Assembly: GCA_017993615.1 (NCBI GenBank)
Contig: JAGOMJ010000001.1
Coordinates: forward strand, 25,425 to 89,424
Length of the DNA stretch: 64,000 nt
Direction: 5' to 3'
Origin: Smithella sp.
GTDB taxonomy: Bacteria; Desulfobacterota; Syntrophia; Syntrophales; Smithellaceae
In this document: positions 46,979-55,588 of the stretch, one piece after another
Numbering within the stretch: position 1 is the first letter of the stretch
Layout of the letters: each line of letters begins with the position of its first letter
The notes under the pieces: model-generated
Told to the model about the DNA's origin: nothing
What the model saw: the letters and a program-made list of their open reading frames with translations, nothing else
Database searches by the model: none
Program-made: the position numbers and the translations under genes

Positions 46979-47233
46979 TTACAATCGAGAGGACAGAAAA
47001 GCATGCATTTTTTGCGCGTCTGTTGCAATATCAACATGCACGTGTTCATTGTCAAAGATGACATTGGTTGAACTTCTGAAATTATACGGCAATGCCTCGA
47101 CGGCATCGATTGTGTAAATTTTTACATCCAGAATGGTCTCAAATTTTGTTTTCATCTCTTCAGCTACACCTATAGCCTTCTTGCAGCTTATTCAGCCCGG
47201 ATTTCCGCTATGAAAAACCAGTAATGTCTTCAT
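46979..47233 (-). CDS. Candidate 84-aa thioredoxin-fold selenoprotein with UxxC motif (absent from the ORF track)
   Basis: MKTLLVFHSGNPG-U-ISCKKAIGVAEEMKTKF...; TGA at 47192-47194. Fills an otherwise empty 304-nt gap in a tightly packed operon. Layout resembles small Thioredoxin_3 proteins (GxGCxxC near the N-terminus). Confidence 0.55.
47163..47176 (-). promoter_or_regulatory. SECIS-like hairpin
   Basis: RNA GCUA-UAGGUG-UAGC with GGU in the loop (+25..+27). An outer AGCU/AGCU helix is also possible. Confidence 0.35.
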
Positions 47234-47249
47234 GATAGTCCCCTTTATG

Positions 47250-48200
47250 TTAATTAAATGTCAATTTTGTTCCGGCCATATTCAAAATAAATTGTTCGGG
47301 CATTTGCTTTTCCATCTCCATAATGGCTTTGCGTCCCGTGCAGTGTGTCGGAATGATATAAGCCGGGTTGATTTTCTTGAATTCCTGCGTGGTGCGATCA
47401 ATAATCGGTTCAAAAAACGGCCCGGATAGATGGAATCCGCCCATCACTGCGTGAATTTTATTAATACCGGTAACTTTCATCGCGTGATGAACCGTATTAA
47501 TGATTCCGGAATGCGCACAACCGGAAAGGATAATCAACCCTTTGTTTTTCAGATTCATGACAATAGAGGTGTCGTCTTCGATGGCATCCCAAACTTCCTT
47601 TCCGTCTTGCTGGCAATGAGGAAGCGGCCATCCCGTTTCGAAATCCGTGCTACGGGGAATTTCGCCCAGAAAAAGAATCGTATCTTCCAGTAAAAGATAT
47701 GGTTTTTCAGTTTCCACCACGGTGAGACCCGCGGCTTTAACCATTTCCCGCGTCAATTCCGGAAAATTGATTTTTAATTCCTCTCCGAATTTGAGATAAC
47801 GCGGCGATTTAAACGCGGACGGATGCACGGCGAAAGGGATATTCTTTTTACCGGTCATGGTGACGAGTTTTGCCATGCCACCCGTATGGTCACTATGTCC
47901 GTGGGAAAGAGCGGCTGCCTCGACCTGTGTCATATCAACGTTAAGCGTTTCCGCATTTTGCGCCGCACCGTTTTCCGAAAAACCGAAGTCAAGCAGCAGC
48001 GTATGCGTTTTGTTTCCGAGAGTTGTTTGGACGAGTGCGGAAAAACCGTGCTCAGCCAACACGGAAGCCCGGATTTCTCCTTCTTTTAAAGGATTGGCTC
48101 GCGTGACAACAGCGTTGCTGTCCATCGCGGTAATTTCAATGTAGTTATCCTGTAATGTCAGGATTTCAACCCTATCAACTGCTTTTAAAGCTGTTGTCAT
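47250..48200 (-). CDS. MBL-fold metallo-hydrolase (paralogue of 28293-29042)
   Basis: SHGHSDHTGG, GCAHSGI, GGFHL and HCTG motifs. Confidence 0.75.
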   Translation of the reverse strand: MTTALKAVDRVEILTLQDNYIEITAMDSNAVVTRANPLKEGEIRASVLAEHGFSALVQTTLGNKTHTLLLDFGFSENGAAQNAETLNVDMTQVEAAALSHGHSDHTGGMAKLVTMTGKKNIPFAVHPSAFKSPRYLKFGEELKINFPELTREMVKAAGLTVVETEKPYLLLEDTILFLGEIPRSTDFETGWPLPHCQQDGKEVWDAIEDDTSIVMNLKNKGLIILSGCAHSGIINTVHHAMKVTGINKIHAVMGGFHLSGPFFEPIIDRTTQEFKKINPAYIIPTHCTGRKAIMEMEKQMPEQFILNMAGTKLTFN

Positions 48201-48220
48201 GATACCAATCCTCCTTTGAT

Positions 48221-48559
48221 TTAGTGATCGCAGAGATTGTCTCCGACTTGCAATGAACCGGCAAAAAAATCCGTAATCAGTTTTTCCGGTGTTTCGACCG
48301 GAGCACCGACTACGACCTGAATGCCCTGCTCGGCAAACAACTGTTGGGCTCGTTGACCCATGCCGCCGGCAATAATCATATTAGCACCTTGTTTGGCCAG
48401 CCATGGCGGCAAAAGTCCCGGTTCATGAGGCGGCGCGGCAATGTCTTCACGTTTGATGATTTTTTTAGTTTGGTCTTCGATTTCGATGATAGCAAAACTC
48501 GCGCAGTGACCGAAATGCGCTGTAAGTTTTCCTTCGGCTAACGGTATGGCTATTTTCAT
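48221..48559 (-). CDS. NifX/NifB-C-like (dinitrogenase FeMo-cofactor-binding domain) protein
   Basis: MKIAIP...HFGHC...GGMG pattern typical of this family. Confidence 0.75.
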   Translation of the reverse strand: MKIAIPLAEGKLTAHFGHCASFAIIEIEDQTKKIIKREDIAAPPHEPGLLPPWLAKQGANMIIAGGMGQRAQQLFAEQGIQVVVGAPVETPEKLITDFFAGSLQVGDNLCDH

Positions 48560-48571
48560 GATTCATTCTCC

Positions 48572-49483
48572 TTATGAGTTTAATATTTTTGTCTTATCCA
48601 AGTCTTTTGTAATTTCATCAATGATTTTTTGCATGATTTCCCCTGTGGGCGTTTTCGATGAATGATAAATAAAAACCTTACCCGAGTCGCCGGACTGTGC
48701 GATTGCCGGATCCATGGGAATAGCGCCAAGAAAAGGCACATTCATGTCCGTTGAGATTTTCTTGCCGCCGCCGGTGGGCAGAATCTGTGTAATTTCACCG
48801 CATTTCGGACACGCAAAACCGCTCATGTTTTCGATGACGCCGACCACCGGTACGTCAAGACGCTTGCAAAAGCTGATAGATTTGCGCACGTCCACTGCGG
48901 CGACTTTCTGCGGTGTGGTGACAATAATTGCGCCGTCCAGCGGCTGAATCAACTGGCACAACGACAGGGGTTCATCACCTGTGCCCGGAGGAGCGTCAAC
49001 AATTAAGTAATCCAGATCGCCCCAATGCACATCCGTCAGGAATTGTTTGATAACACCCATTTTCATCGGACCGCGCCAGATGACAGCGTCATCGGGATTC
49101 TGCAACAAAAACCCCAGAGACATTATTTTCAGGCCACCGAATTCAACCGGAAACAATCCGTCGGGGCCGCCTTTGAGAGTTTCATTTTCCAGTCCCAGCA
49201 TGGTGGGTACGCTGGGACCGTGAATATCCACGTCCAGCAAACCGACTCGCAGACCGTTTAATGCCAGCGCGGTGGCCAGATTGACCGCAACGGTGCTTTT
49301 ACCGACGCCGCCCTTGCCGGAAAGCACGACGATTTTTTTCTGAATGCGGCAGAGCGTCGCCTGCAATTTGCGGCGATCAGCGTATTCTTCAGGACTTTCA
49401 TCCTTTTTCTGTTTTTTAGCCGCGCAGTCGGAATCGCCGCACGTATCACATGTTTTTTTTTCTTCCACTATTATATCCTCCAT
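48572..49483 (-). CDS. Mrp/NBP35/ApbC-family Fe-S cluster carrier ATPase
   Basis: Deviant Walker A SGKGGVGKST, CPKC motif and an N-terminal Cys-rich tail. Confidence 0.88.
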   Translation of the reverse strand: MEDIIVEEKKTCDTCGDSDCAAKKQKKDESPEEYADRRKLQATLCRIQKKIVVLSGKGGVGKSTVAVNLATALALNGLRVGLLDVDIHGPSVPTMLGLENETLKGGPDGLFPVEFGGLKIMSLGFLLQNPDDAVIWRGPMKMGVIKQFLTDVHWGDLDYLIVDAPPGTGDEPLSLCQLIQPLDGAIIVTTPQKVAAVDVRKSISFCKRLDVPVVGVIENMSGFACPKCGEITQILPTGGGKKISTDMNVPFLGAIPMDPAIAQSGDSGKVFIYHSSKTPTGEIMQKIIDEITKDLDKTKILNS

Positions 49484-49488
49484 TTATT

Positions 49489-49872
49489 TTATTGATTAAG
49501 ATAATCTTCACAAGCCGCTTTTAACGTATTGGTCGCCAGAAGCGCGCAGTGTTCGTGATCTTCGGGAAGTCCGTCAAGAACATTGAGAACATCCTTTTGA
49601 CTTATTGCTTGGGCTTCCTCAATCGATTTTCCCTCGGCCATACAGGTTGTCATGCTGCCGCAGGCACGCGAAGGATCACAGCCATCGGTGATAAAAGAGA
49701 CTTTCCTGATTTTGCCTTCTTCAACCAGAATCCAGAACTCCATGGTGTCGCCGCAGGGTCCGGTAATTCTCGCGTGTCCGCTAAAAGAATCCATCGGTCC
49801 CATATTATGAGGCGAATCGGCATGTTTTTTTGCCGTGGCATAAGTTTCGTCCAGATTTACTAACTCACTCAT
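49489..49872 (-). CDS. NifU-N/IscU-like Fe-S scaffold protein
   Basis: GPCGDTM, DGCDPS and EHCALLA motifs. Confidence 0.8.
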   Translation of the reverse strand: MSELVNLDETYATAKKHADSPHNMGPMDSFSGHARITGPCGDTMEFWILVEEGKIRKVSFITDGCDPSRACGSMTTCMAEGKSIEEAQAISQKDVLNVLDGLPEDHEHCALLATNTLKAACEDYLNQ

Positions 49873-49883
49873 TATTTACCTTC

Positions 49884-50774
49884 TTATACCTCCCGAAGAT
49901 TAAGATTTTTCCAGAGTTGTTGAATATCATCGCCGCTTGGGGCATCGATTTCAACAACCGATTTTTTCTGTATTTGCGCCTGTGTGACGGCATTGTCGTA
50001 GCGAATCCGTCCGGCAATTCGCGCGCCTAATCCCGCAGCATTTTCTTCAATACGCTCAGTCATGTCGGGATTGATATCCCATTTGTTGACGCACACAGCT
50101 GCTGGAATTTGAAAATGACGGGTAAGGCCCAGCACCCTTTCCAGATCGTGTTCGCCCGAAACTGTTGGTTCCGTGACCACCAGAACCTGCGAAGCACCGG
50201 TCACCGAGGCAATAACCGGACAGCCGATGCCGGGAGGACCATCCACAATAATCAATTCACAATTTTCTTTTTCCGCGATGGCGCGGGCTTCCCGCCGCAC
50301 GGTGGAAACCAATTTGCCGGAGTTTTCAGCGGCCACCCCCAGACGCGCGTGAACCATCGGCCCCAGACGCGTATCGGAGACAAACCACTTGCCGCAGTTG
50401 CAATCCGGGAAATCAATCGCTTTTTCCGGGCACATTTCCACGCAAACTTTGCAGCCCTCACAGGCAACGGGATCCACGGCAAATAAAAGCTCTCCCTGAA
50501 AATTCTGCTTACTGTGAATGGCATTAAAGCGGCAAACGTCTTTACAAATACCGCAGCTGATACAGTCGGTTTGACGGATAACAGCTTCATGACCGCTGAT
50601 AAATTCGTGTTCTTCCTTGATTTGCGGTGTCAGGACTAAATGCAAGTCGGCCGCATCCACATCGCAATCACAGATCACCGAACGCTTTGCCAGCGCTACC
50701 AGTGATGCCGTAACGCTTGTTTTCCCCGTACCTCCTTTTCCGCTGATTATTACCAATTCCTTCATGGCCATCAT
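49884..50774 (-). CDS. MinD/ParA-superfamily P-loop ATPase with inserted 2x[4Fe-4S] ferredoxin domain
   Basis: SGKGGTGKTS P-loop plus CISCGICKDVC and CEGCKVCVEMCP. Confidence 0.85.
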   Translation of the reverse strand: MMAMKELVIISGKGGTGKTSVTASLVALAKRSVICDCDVDAADLHLVLTPQIKEEHEFISGHEAVIRQTDCISCGICKDVCRFNAIHSKQNFQGELLFAVDPVACEGCKVCVEMCPEKAIDFPDCNCGKWFVSDTRLGPMVHARLGVAAENSGKLVSTVRREARAIAEKENCELIIVDGPPGIGCPVIASVTGASQVLVVTEPTVSGEHDLERVLGLTRHFQIPAAVCVNKWDINPDMTERIEENAAGLGARIAGRIRYDNAVTQAQIQKKSVVEIDAPSGDDIQQLWKNLNLREV

Positions 50775-51406
50775 TCCTCAATATCCGGCGATAGGTTTGT
50801 TCTGCCGGCCACAAGCATGTCCTGCAAGTCGCTTTGATGTTCTCTTACAGTGAATCCGCGTTCGACCAGGATGGTCTTCATCTCCGCCAGGGTGCCGCCG
50901 CTGACGTCGTGGTATCTTCCTTCGCGCTCGTGAATCCTGTCCAATATCGCGAGTCCCTTTTCGTTAAAATCGCTCAACACGATTTTACCATCCGGCGATA
51001 GAAGTCGTGTGAATTCATCACAGACCTTGCGGATAGAGGAAAGGTGATGAATCATGTTCACGGCGAAAATCACATCAAAAAAACCGTCGTTACAGGGGAT
51101 GGATTCAACATCGGCGATGAGGAAAGTCACCTGCGACTGAAATCCATAATACATCAGGTTGAGCAGGGCGAATCTCTGTTCCGCTACGGAAATATCCAAA
51201 GAGAAAAATTTATATCCTGCCTGCGCCAGAGCAAGCGTGAAATAGCCCTTGCCCGTACCGGCTTCCAGAATGTTGCCCGCTACAGGCAACGATTTTTCAA
51301 TGATAAAAGAACGCTCCAGATCGATATTGTATCCGAATGTCCGGTAAAGCGCGACACGTTTCTGATATTTTATGTGATTTTCGATAATGTCCTTTTGCAT
51401 CGTCAA
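50771..51406 (-). CDS. Class I SAM-dependent methyltransferase
   Basis: ILEAGTGKGYF (motif I) and DVIFAVNMIHH. Confidence 0.8.
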   Translation of the reverse strand: MTMQKDIIENHIKYQKRVALYRTFGYNIDLERSFIIEKSLPVAGNILEAGTGKGYFTLALAQAGYKFFSLDISVAEQRFALLNLMYYGFQSQVTFLIADVESIPCNDGFFDVIFAVNMIHHLSSIRKVCDEFTRLLSPDGKIVLSDFNEKGLAILDRIHEREGRYHDVSGGTLAEMKTILVERGFTVREHQSDLQDMLVAGRTNLSPDIEE

Positions 51407-51415
51407 TCCTTCATC

Positions 51416-52366
51416 TTATTTTCTTTCCGCTATCTTGTAAAACAAGCCTTGTTCGGCGCGCATTGCAATGATGAGCCGCTTATCTAAAAGACTTTTCAGC
51501 TTTTTGGCCACGTCGTGCGGATGCAATCCCATCCCGGTACTGATTCCCTCGAGTGTGCATGGTCTTCTGGCCAGAAGATCCAGAATGTCTTTGTCTGAGG
51601 ATTCCACCCCATTTATTCCGGAAAGATCAGAGGATGTTGCGTTTTGGAGAATGTCGACCGGACATAAAAACAAACGGGCAAGTTTCTGCAATTGTCTGAC
51701 GTCAACGGGATGGGCAAAATCTTCATAGGCTGGACGGCTCACGGTATTAATTTGAACTTTTTCGATATGAATTTTATTGACCCATGCCGCCATTTCTTTT
51801 ACTTCTTCCGCCATACCGTTAATTCCCGAAAGCAGGAGAATTTCCAGCCAGATGTGTCCTGTAAATTGTTTTGAAAAATCAATCAGCCCCTGAATCACTC
51901 GTTCGAAAGAAATATCTTTGTGCGGACGATTGACGTATTGGAAAAGTTGCTCATTGCCGGCATCCAGCGAAGGAATGACGATATCCGCCTTCATCAATGA
52001 TTGGCGGACCTCCGGCAGATAAAGCAGAGACCCGTTGGTCAGAACGGCTACCGGAATGTTCGTCCTTTCTTTTATCTTACCGATGATTTCACCGATGGAT
52101 GCGTGCAGGGTTGGTTCTCCCGAACCGGCAACGGTGATGTAATTGCATTCAAACTTCGTTAATAACTTTTCTTCGATTTCCGACAACACATCAGCCAAAG
52201 GAACATAATCGAGCCTTACGGTCGTTTTATTTGTCGTTTTTCCCAGTTGACAGTAGATACAATCATACGTGCAGGTTTTATACGGCACGATGTCCACTCC
52301 CAGCGACTTTCCTAACCTGCGGGACGGGACAGGACCATAGACATATTGATAGACTCTTTCTGACAT
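51416..52366 (-). CDS. Radical SAM protein (COG0731-like)
   Basis: YGPVPSRRLGKSLGVD...CTYDCIYCQ (CxxxCxxC). Starts 2 nt after the upstream stop codon. Confidence 0.85.
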   Translation of the reverse strand: MSERVYQYVYGPVPSRRLGKSLGVDIVPYKTCTYDCIYCQLGKTTNKTTVRLDYVPLADVLSEIEEKLLTKFECNYITVAGSGEPTLHASIGEIIGKIKERTNIPVAVLTNGSLLYLPEVRQSLMKADIVIPSLDAGNEQLFQYVNRPHKDISFERVIQGLIDFSKQFTGHIWLEILLLSGINGMAEEVKEMAAWVNKIHIEKVQINTVSRPAYEDFAHPVDVRQLQKLARLFLCPVDILQNATSSDLSGINGVESSDKDILDLLARRPCTLEGISTGMGLHPHDVAKKLKSLLDKRLIIAMRAEQGLFYKIAERK

Positions 52367-52367
52367 T

Positions 52368-52625
52368 TTAATCTCCACAAGGGGCTTGACCGCATCGTTG
52401 CTTTGCACCGCAACAGGTTGTTCCCGTTTCTTCAAAGGAACAGCTTTTTGCAGTGTCGCGCATACTGACACCGGCTGACTTCATAATAAAACCACTGCCG
52501 CCGCTAACGATTCTTTGTACGTCAGCTCTACATTCGGGACATATCCTGATAGGCGCATCTTTCATGCTTTGTTGCCTTTCAAAACGTAGACCGCACTTGC
52601 TGCATTCATATTCATAAGTCGGCAT
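52368..52625 (-). CDS. FmdB-family zinc-ribbon protein with Cys-rich C-terminal tail
   Basis: MPTYEYECSKCG...CPEC, then the tail SCSFEETGTTCCGAKQRCGQAPCGD. Confidence 0.8.
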   Translation of the reverse strand: MPTYEYECSKCGLRFERQQSMKDAPIRICPECRADVQRIVSGGSGFIMKSAGVSMRDTAKSCSFEETGTTCCGAKQRCGQAPCGD

Positions 52626-52631
52626 TTGTTC

Positions 52632-53474
52632 TTATCCTTTCTTTTTCGAATTGGCAATTTTCTCTAAAAGATTTTCAAAACGTTCCCGGTATTGAGGCAG
52701 GGCATCCACCATCAGAATTCCCCGTGAATAATTTTCCGCAATTTGCCGGTCATCGGGAATTTCCATCAGAATGGGAACGTTTTCCTTTCGACAGAATTCA
52801 TGAACGCGGTTATCACCGCTCCCCATTCGATTGACAAGAACGCCAAAGGGCAGATTCAACTCTCTGACCATATCCACCGCCAGCGATAAATCGTGCAAAC
52901 CGAAAGGCGTCGGTTCCGTTACCAGTAGAACAAAATCCGAATCCCTGATCGCGGCAATAACCGGACAGGATGTGCCGGGCGGGGCATCTAAAATAGCCGG
53001 AGCATCAACCGGCAACGTATTTTTTACGGCGCGGATAAGCGGTGGAGCCAACGCCACGCCAACATTTAGTTTTCCCGTAACCAGCGTGATATTCTCCGTG
53101 CGCGACGTTTCAACAACACCGATACGCCTGTTTTTTTCACTGATGGCCTTAGTGGGACAGACCAGCGTGCACCCGCCGCAGCCGTGGCACATTTCCGGAA
53201 ACACAAGCGGCGTTGTTCCAAAAGTGACAATGGCGGAGAACTGGCAGATTTTCGCACACTCACCGCAGCCGTTGCAGAGTTCTTCATTGACATCCGGCAC
53301 GGGGAGGCCGATGGTTTTTTCAGAATGCCCCGATGTTTTTAAAAATAAGTGGGCATTGGGTTCTTCCACGTCGCAGTCCGCAAGACACACATCTCTCTTA
53401 AAGACACGCGCCAGATTGACGCTGACCGTGGTTTTTCCGGTCCCTCCTTTTCCTGATGCAACGGCCAGCTTCAT
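52632..53474 (-). CDS. MinD/ParA-superfamily P-loop ATPase with inserted ferredoxin domain (second copy)
   Basis: SGKGGTGKTT P-loop plus CNGCGECAKIC and CHGCGGCTLVCP. Confidence 0.85.
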   Translation of the reverse strand: MKLAVASGKGGTGKTTVSVNLARVFKRDVCLADCDVEEPNAHLFLKTSGHSEKTIGLPVPDVNEELCNGCGECAKICQFSAIVTFGTTPLVFPEMCHGCGGCTLVCPTKAISEKNRRIGVVETSRTENITLVTGKLNVGVALAPPLIRAVKNTLPVDAPAILDAPPGTSCPVIAAIRDSDFVLLVTEPTPFGLHDLSLAVDMVRELNLPFGVLVNRMGSGDNRVHEFCRKENVPILMEIPDDRQIAENYSRGILMVDALPQYRERFENLLEKIANSKKKG

Positions 53475-54085
53475 AGGATTTTACTCTCCTTTGGGTTGAT
53501 CCAGAGCAGAGGGAAAACGATATCGCTGGTGCAGCAGGGAACCCATACCGCCAGAAATAAAAAAAACGCGATCAGTATGGTGGTAACTACATCAACGGAC
53601 GTACCCAACGCCATTAAAACGTGAAATAAGGAAGCCCATGTACTCAGAAGCACATGTCCCGCATGGGGAATTCTGGTATGCGATATGACAAACCCTAAAG
53701 CGATGCCGGCCAGCGCCAGAGGGTTCACCAGCCACCATTTTTCAATGAAGCCCAGATGAACGCCCCGATGCGGGAGTTCCAGCAGCCATTCCCCGATGTA
53801 GGGAATAAACGAATCGCTGAATGTGGCAATGCCGATTGAGCCGATATAACCGATTATGATGATTTGCAAGATATTGCCGCGCGAATGCATTCTATACATG
53901 GCAGTGGTAACCAGGGCGCTCAGCAAAACGTGTAACGGATGCATTGTCCAGAAAAGCCCGGAGGAAAACTCCCGCGGCACCTGAAACTGGATGAATGCAG
54001 CCATAATGACGATCCCGGTTACTGTACCGAACATTGTGAACGGTGCATGCAATTTAAGCTCTTGCGCAATCATGCCCGCTTTCAT
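53471..54085 (-). CDS. Hypothetical 6-TM membrane protein with repeated H..HVLLS motif
   Basis: AGGAG lies 9 nt before MKAGMIAQ. Contains HPLHVLLSALVTT and HAGHVLLSTWASL. The long N-terminal extension in the ORF track overlaps the TrmO-like gene and is rejected. Confidence 0.55.
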   Translation of the reverse strand: MKAGMIAQELKLHAPFTMFGTVTGIVIMAAFIQFQVPREFSSGLFWTMHPLHVLLSALVTTAMYRMHSRGNILQIIIIGYIGSIGIATFSDSFIPYIGEWLLELPHRGVHLGFIEKWWLVNPLALAGIALGFVISHTRIPHAGHVLLSTWASLFHVLMALGTSVDVVTTILIAFFLFLAVWVPCCTSDIVFPLLWINPKESKIL

Positions 54086-54224
54086 AGGGCAACTCCTGAA
54101 GAGAAACCAGATATGACAAAACAGTTTGTGGCCGCGTTCAATCCAATAAAAAATCCTGCATGACGGCTTTTGGCAAAATATTCGGTCTGACGAACAAAAC
54201 AGGTTATGCCTTCCGACGGCATTT

Positions 54225-54716
54225 TCATGAACGGTACCCTCGTTTTCCCCTTTTTGCTGCTGTGGATTCATCCACCTCATCCTGCCAGCCGTTTTTCCGG
54301 ATATCATGCAGATCGAATTTTGCCGTATAGGGCTTGATGTCCAAAAGCGGAGTTCCGTCGAGAATGTCAATTCCATCCACATAAAGGATATTGTCCTCTA
54401 TACGGATGAGTTCTACAACGCTAAGCCCAAGAGGATTGGGACGACCCGGCGCGCGTGTGGAAAATATTCCCCGCTCCACGTCCTGCAGAAACGGTTTGAC
54501 TTTCAGTTGAACAAGCGGCGCCTGATGAAAATGATAGATCAGGTAAACGTGGGAGAAGCCGTCCAGATCGCTTAATCCAGATATATATTTTTCAAACACT
54601 TCAATGCGTCCCTTGCAACCGCAAGCGTAAACCGGCTGAATCGGTGTTTTTTCGGCAACCGTGTGTTCACTGTGAATGATTCCAATCGGATGATATATGA
54701 TTTGTCGGTTTATCAT
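54225..54716 (-). CDS. TsaA/TrmO-like (YaeB family) SAM-dependent methyltransferase
   Basis: PIGIIHSE...TPIQP...FSHVYLIYHFH...RPNPLG motifs. Confidence 0.8.
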   Translation of the reverse strand: MINRQIIYHPIGIIHSEHTVAEKTPIQPVYACGCKGRIEVFEKYISGLSDLDGFSHVYLIYHFHQAPLVQLKVKPFLQDVERGIFSTRAPGRPNPLGLSVVELIRIEDNILYVDGIDILDGTPLLDIKPYTAKFDLHDIRKNGWQDEVDESTAAKRGKRGYRS

Positions 54717-55075
54717 ACCCAGTGTCCATCCACATCGGCCGATTTGGCCTCGGTTAACGTGCCTTCACGATATTGTTCCAGAGCCTCGCTGACCGTAGCG
54801 GCGGATGTATTGTATATCCTGATGCCTGCCGCCTGAAGCGTCCGGAAGGCTTTGGGCCCGCAGTGTCCTGTAATCAGCGCTTTTACGCCAAGGCGGGCGA
54901 TGTTTTGTGCCGATTGAATGCCGGCTCCCTGCGCCGCGTTAAGATTCTGTTCATTATCAACAATTTCGAAGGTATTCGCAGCCTGATCATAGATTAGAAA
55001 TTTCGGCGCCCGTCCGAATCTGCTGTCCAGAGGAGCATTCAAGTCTACGCCCGATGTTGTCAATGCAATTTTCAT
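54713..55075 (-). CDS. NifX/NifB-C-like protein
   Basis: MKIALT...RFGRAP...GHCGPKA pattern. Confidence 0.75.
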   Translation of the reverse strand: MKIALTTSGVDLNAPLDSRFGRAPKFLIYDQAANTFEIVDNEQNLNAAQGAGIQSAQNIARLGVKALITGHCGPKAFRTLQAAGIRIYNTSAATVSEALEQYREGTLTEAKSADVDGHWV

Positions 55076-55111
55076 TAAAAAAATTCTCCTTTGATAACTT
55101 TTTCATAGAGA

Positions 55112-55174
55112 GCAGTGACGGCGCTAAGCGGTGACTTGCGCGCCATCACTGCAATGCATAGATAAGCTCTATGC
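55112..55174 (-). other. Two tandem stem-loops in the intergenic spacer
   Basis: First: 13-bp stem with one mismatch (GCAGTGACGGCGC / GCGCCATCACTGC). Second: 7-bp stem (GCATAGA / TCTATGC). No U-tract follows either. Confidence 0.5.
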
Positions 55175-55191
55175 GGGCTTCGCAAAAGAGG

Positions 55192-55566
55192 CTAATTATT
55201 TTGCGTATCTGTCTTTAGCTCGTCCAACCGTTTTTTAATGGCGTCTAATTCCCTCTGCAGAAATTCAGCCTGCGTTCTGAGAGCCTGTTGTTCCTCATGG
55301 GGATCAGGAGGGACAACCGCGGCGGAGTATTCATCGGTTCGTCGCCATCCCGGTATTGCAGCGGCATAAAAACGGTTGCCAAAGCCGAATCCACCGCCAC
55401 GGCCACCTCGGCCGCCAAAACCGGCGCCACGTCCGAAACCTGCTCCAAAACGTCTTGCCGGAATATGATTCATATAACCGGGCGCTCCGAAACCTGCGCA
55501 ATATCCGGCTCCTCTACCTGTCATCGGTCCCATTCCAATGGGGCCTGTTGCATCTCCTCTTGGCAT
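55192..55566 (-). CDS. DUF5320-like Gly/Arg-rich protein with C-terminal coiled coil
   Basis: MPRGDATGPIGMGPMTGRGAGYC followed by GFGRGAGFGGRGGRGGGFGFG. Confidence 0.7.
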   Translation of the reverse strand: MPRGDATGPIGMGPMTGRGAGYCAGFGAPGYMNHIPARRFGAGFGRGAGFGGRGGRGGGFGFGNRFYAAAIPGWRRTDEYSAAVVPPDPHEEQQALRTQAEFLQRELDAIKKRLDELKTDTQNN

Positions 55567-55588
55567 AATGAAGACCTCCTTTTTTTAG

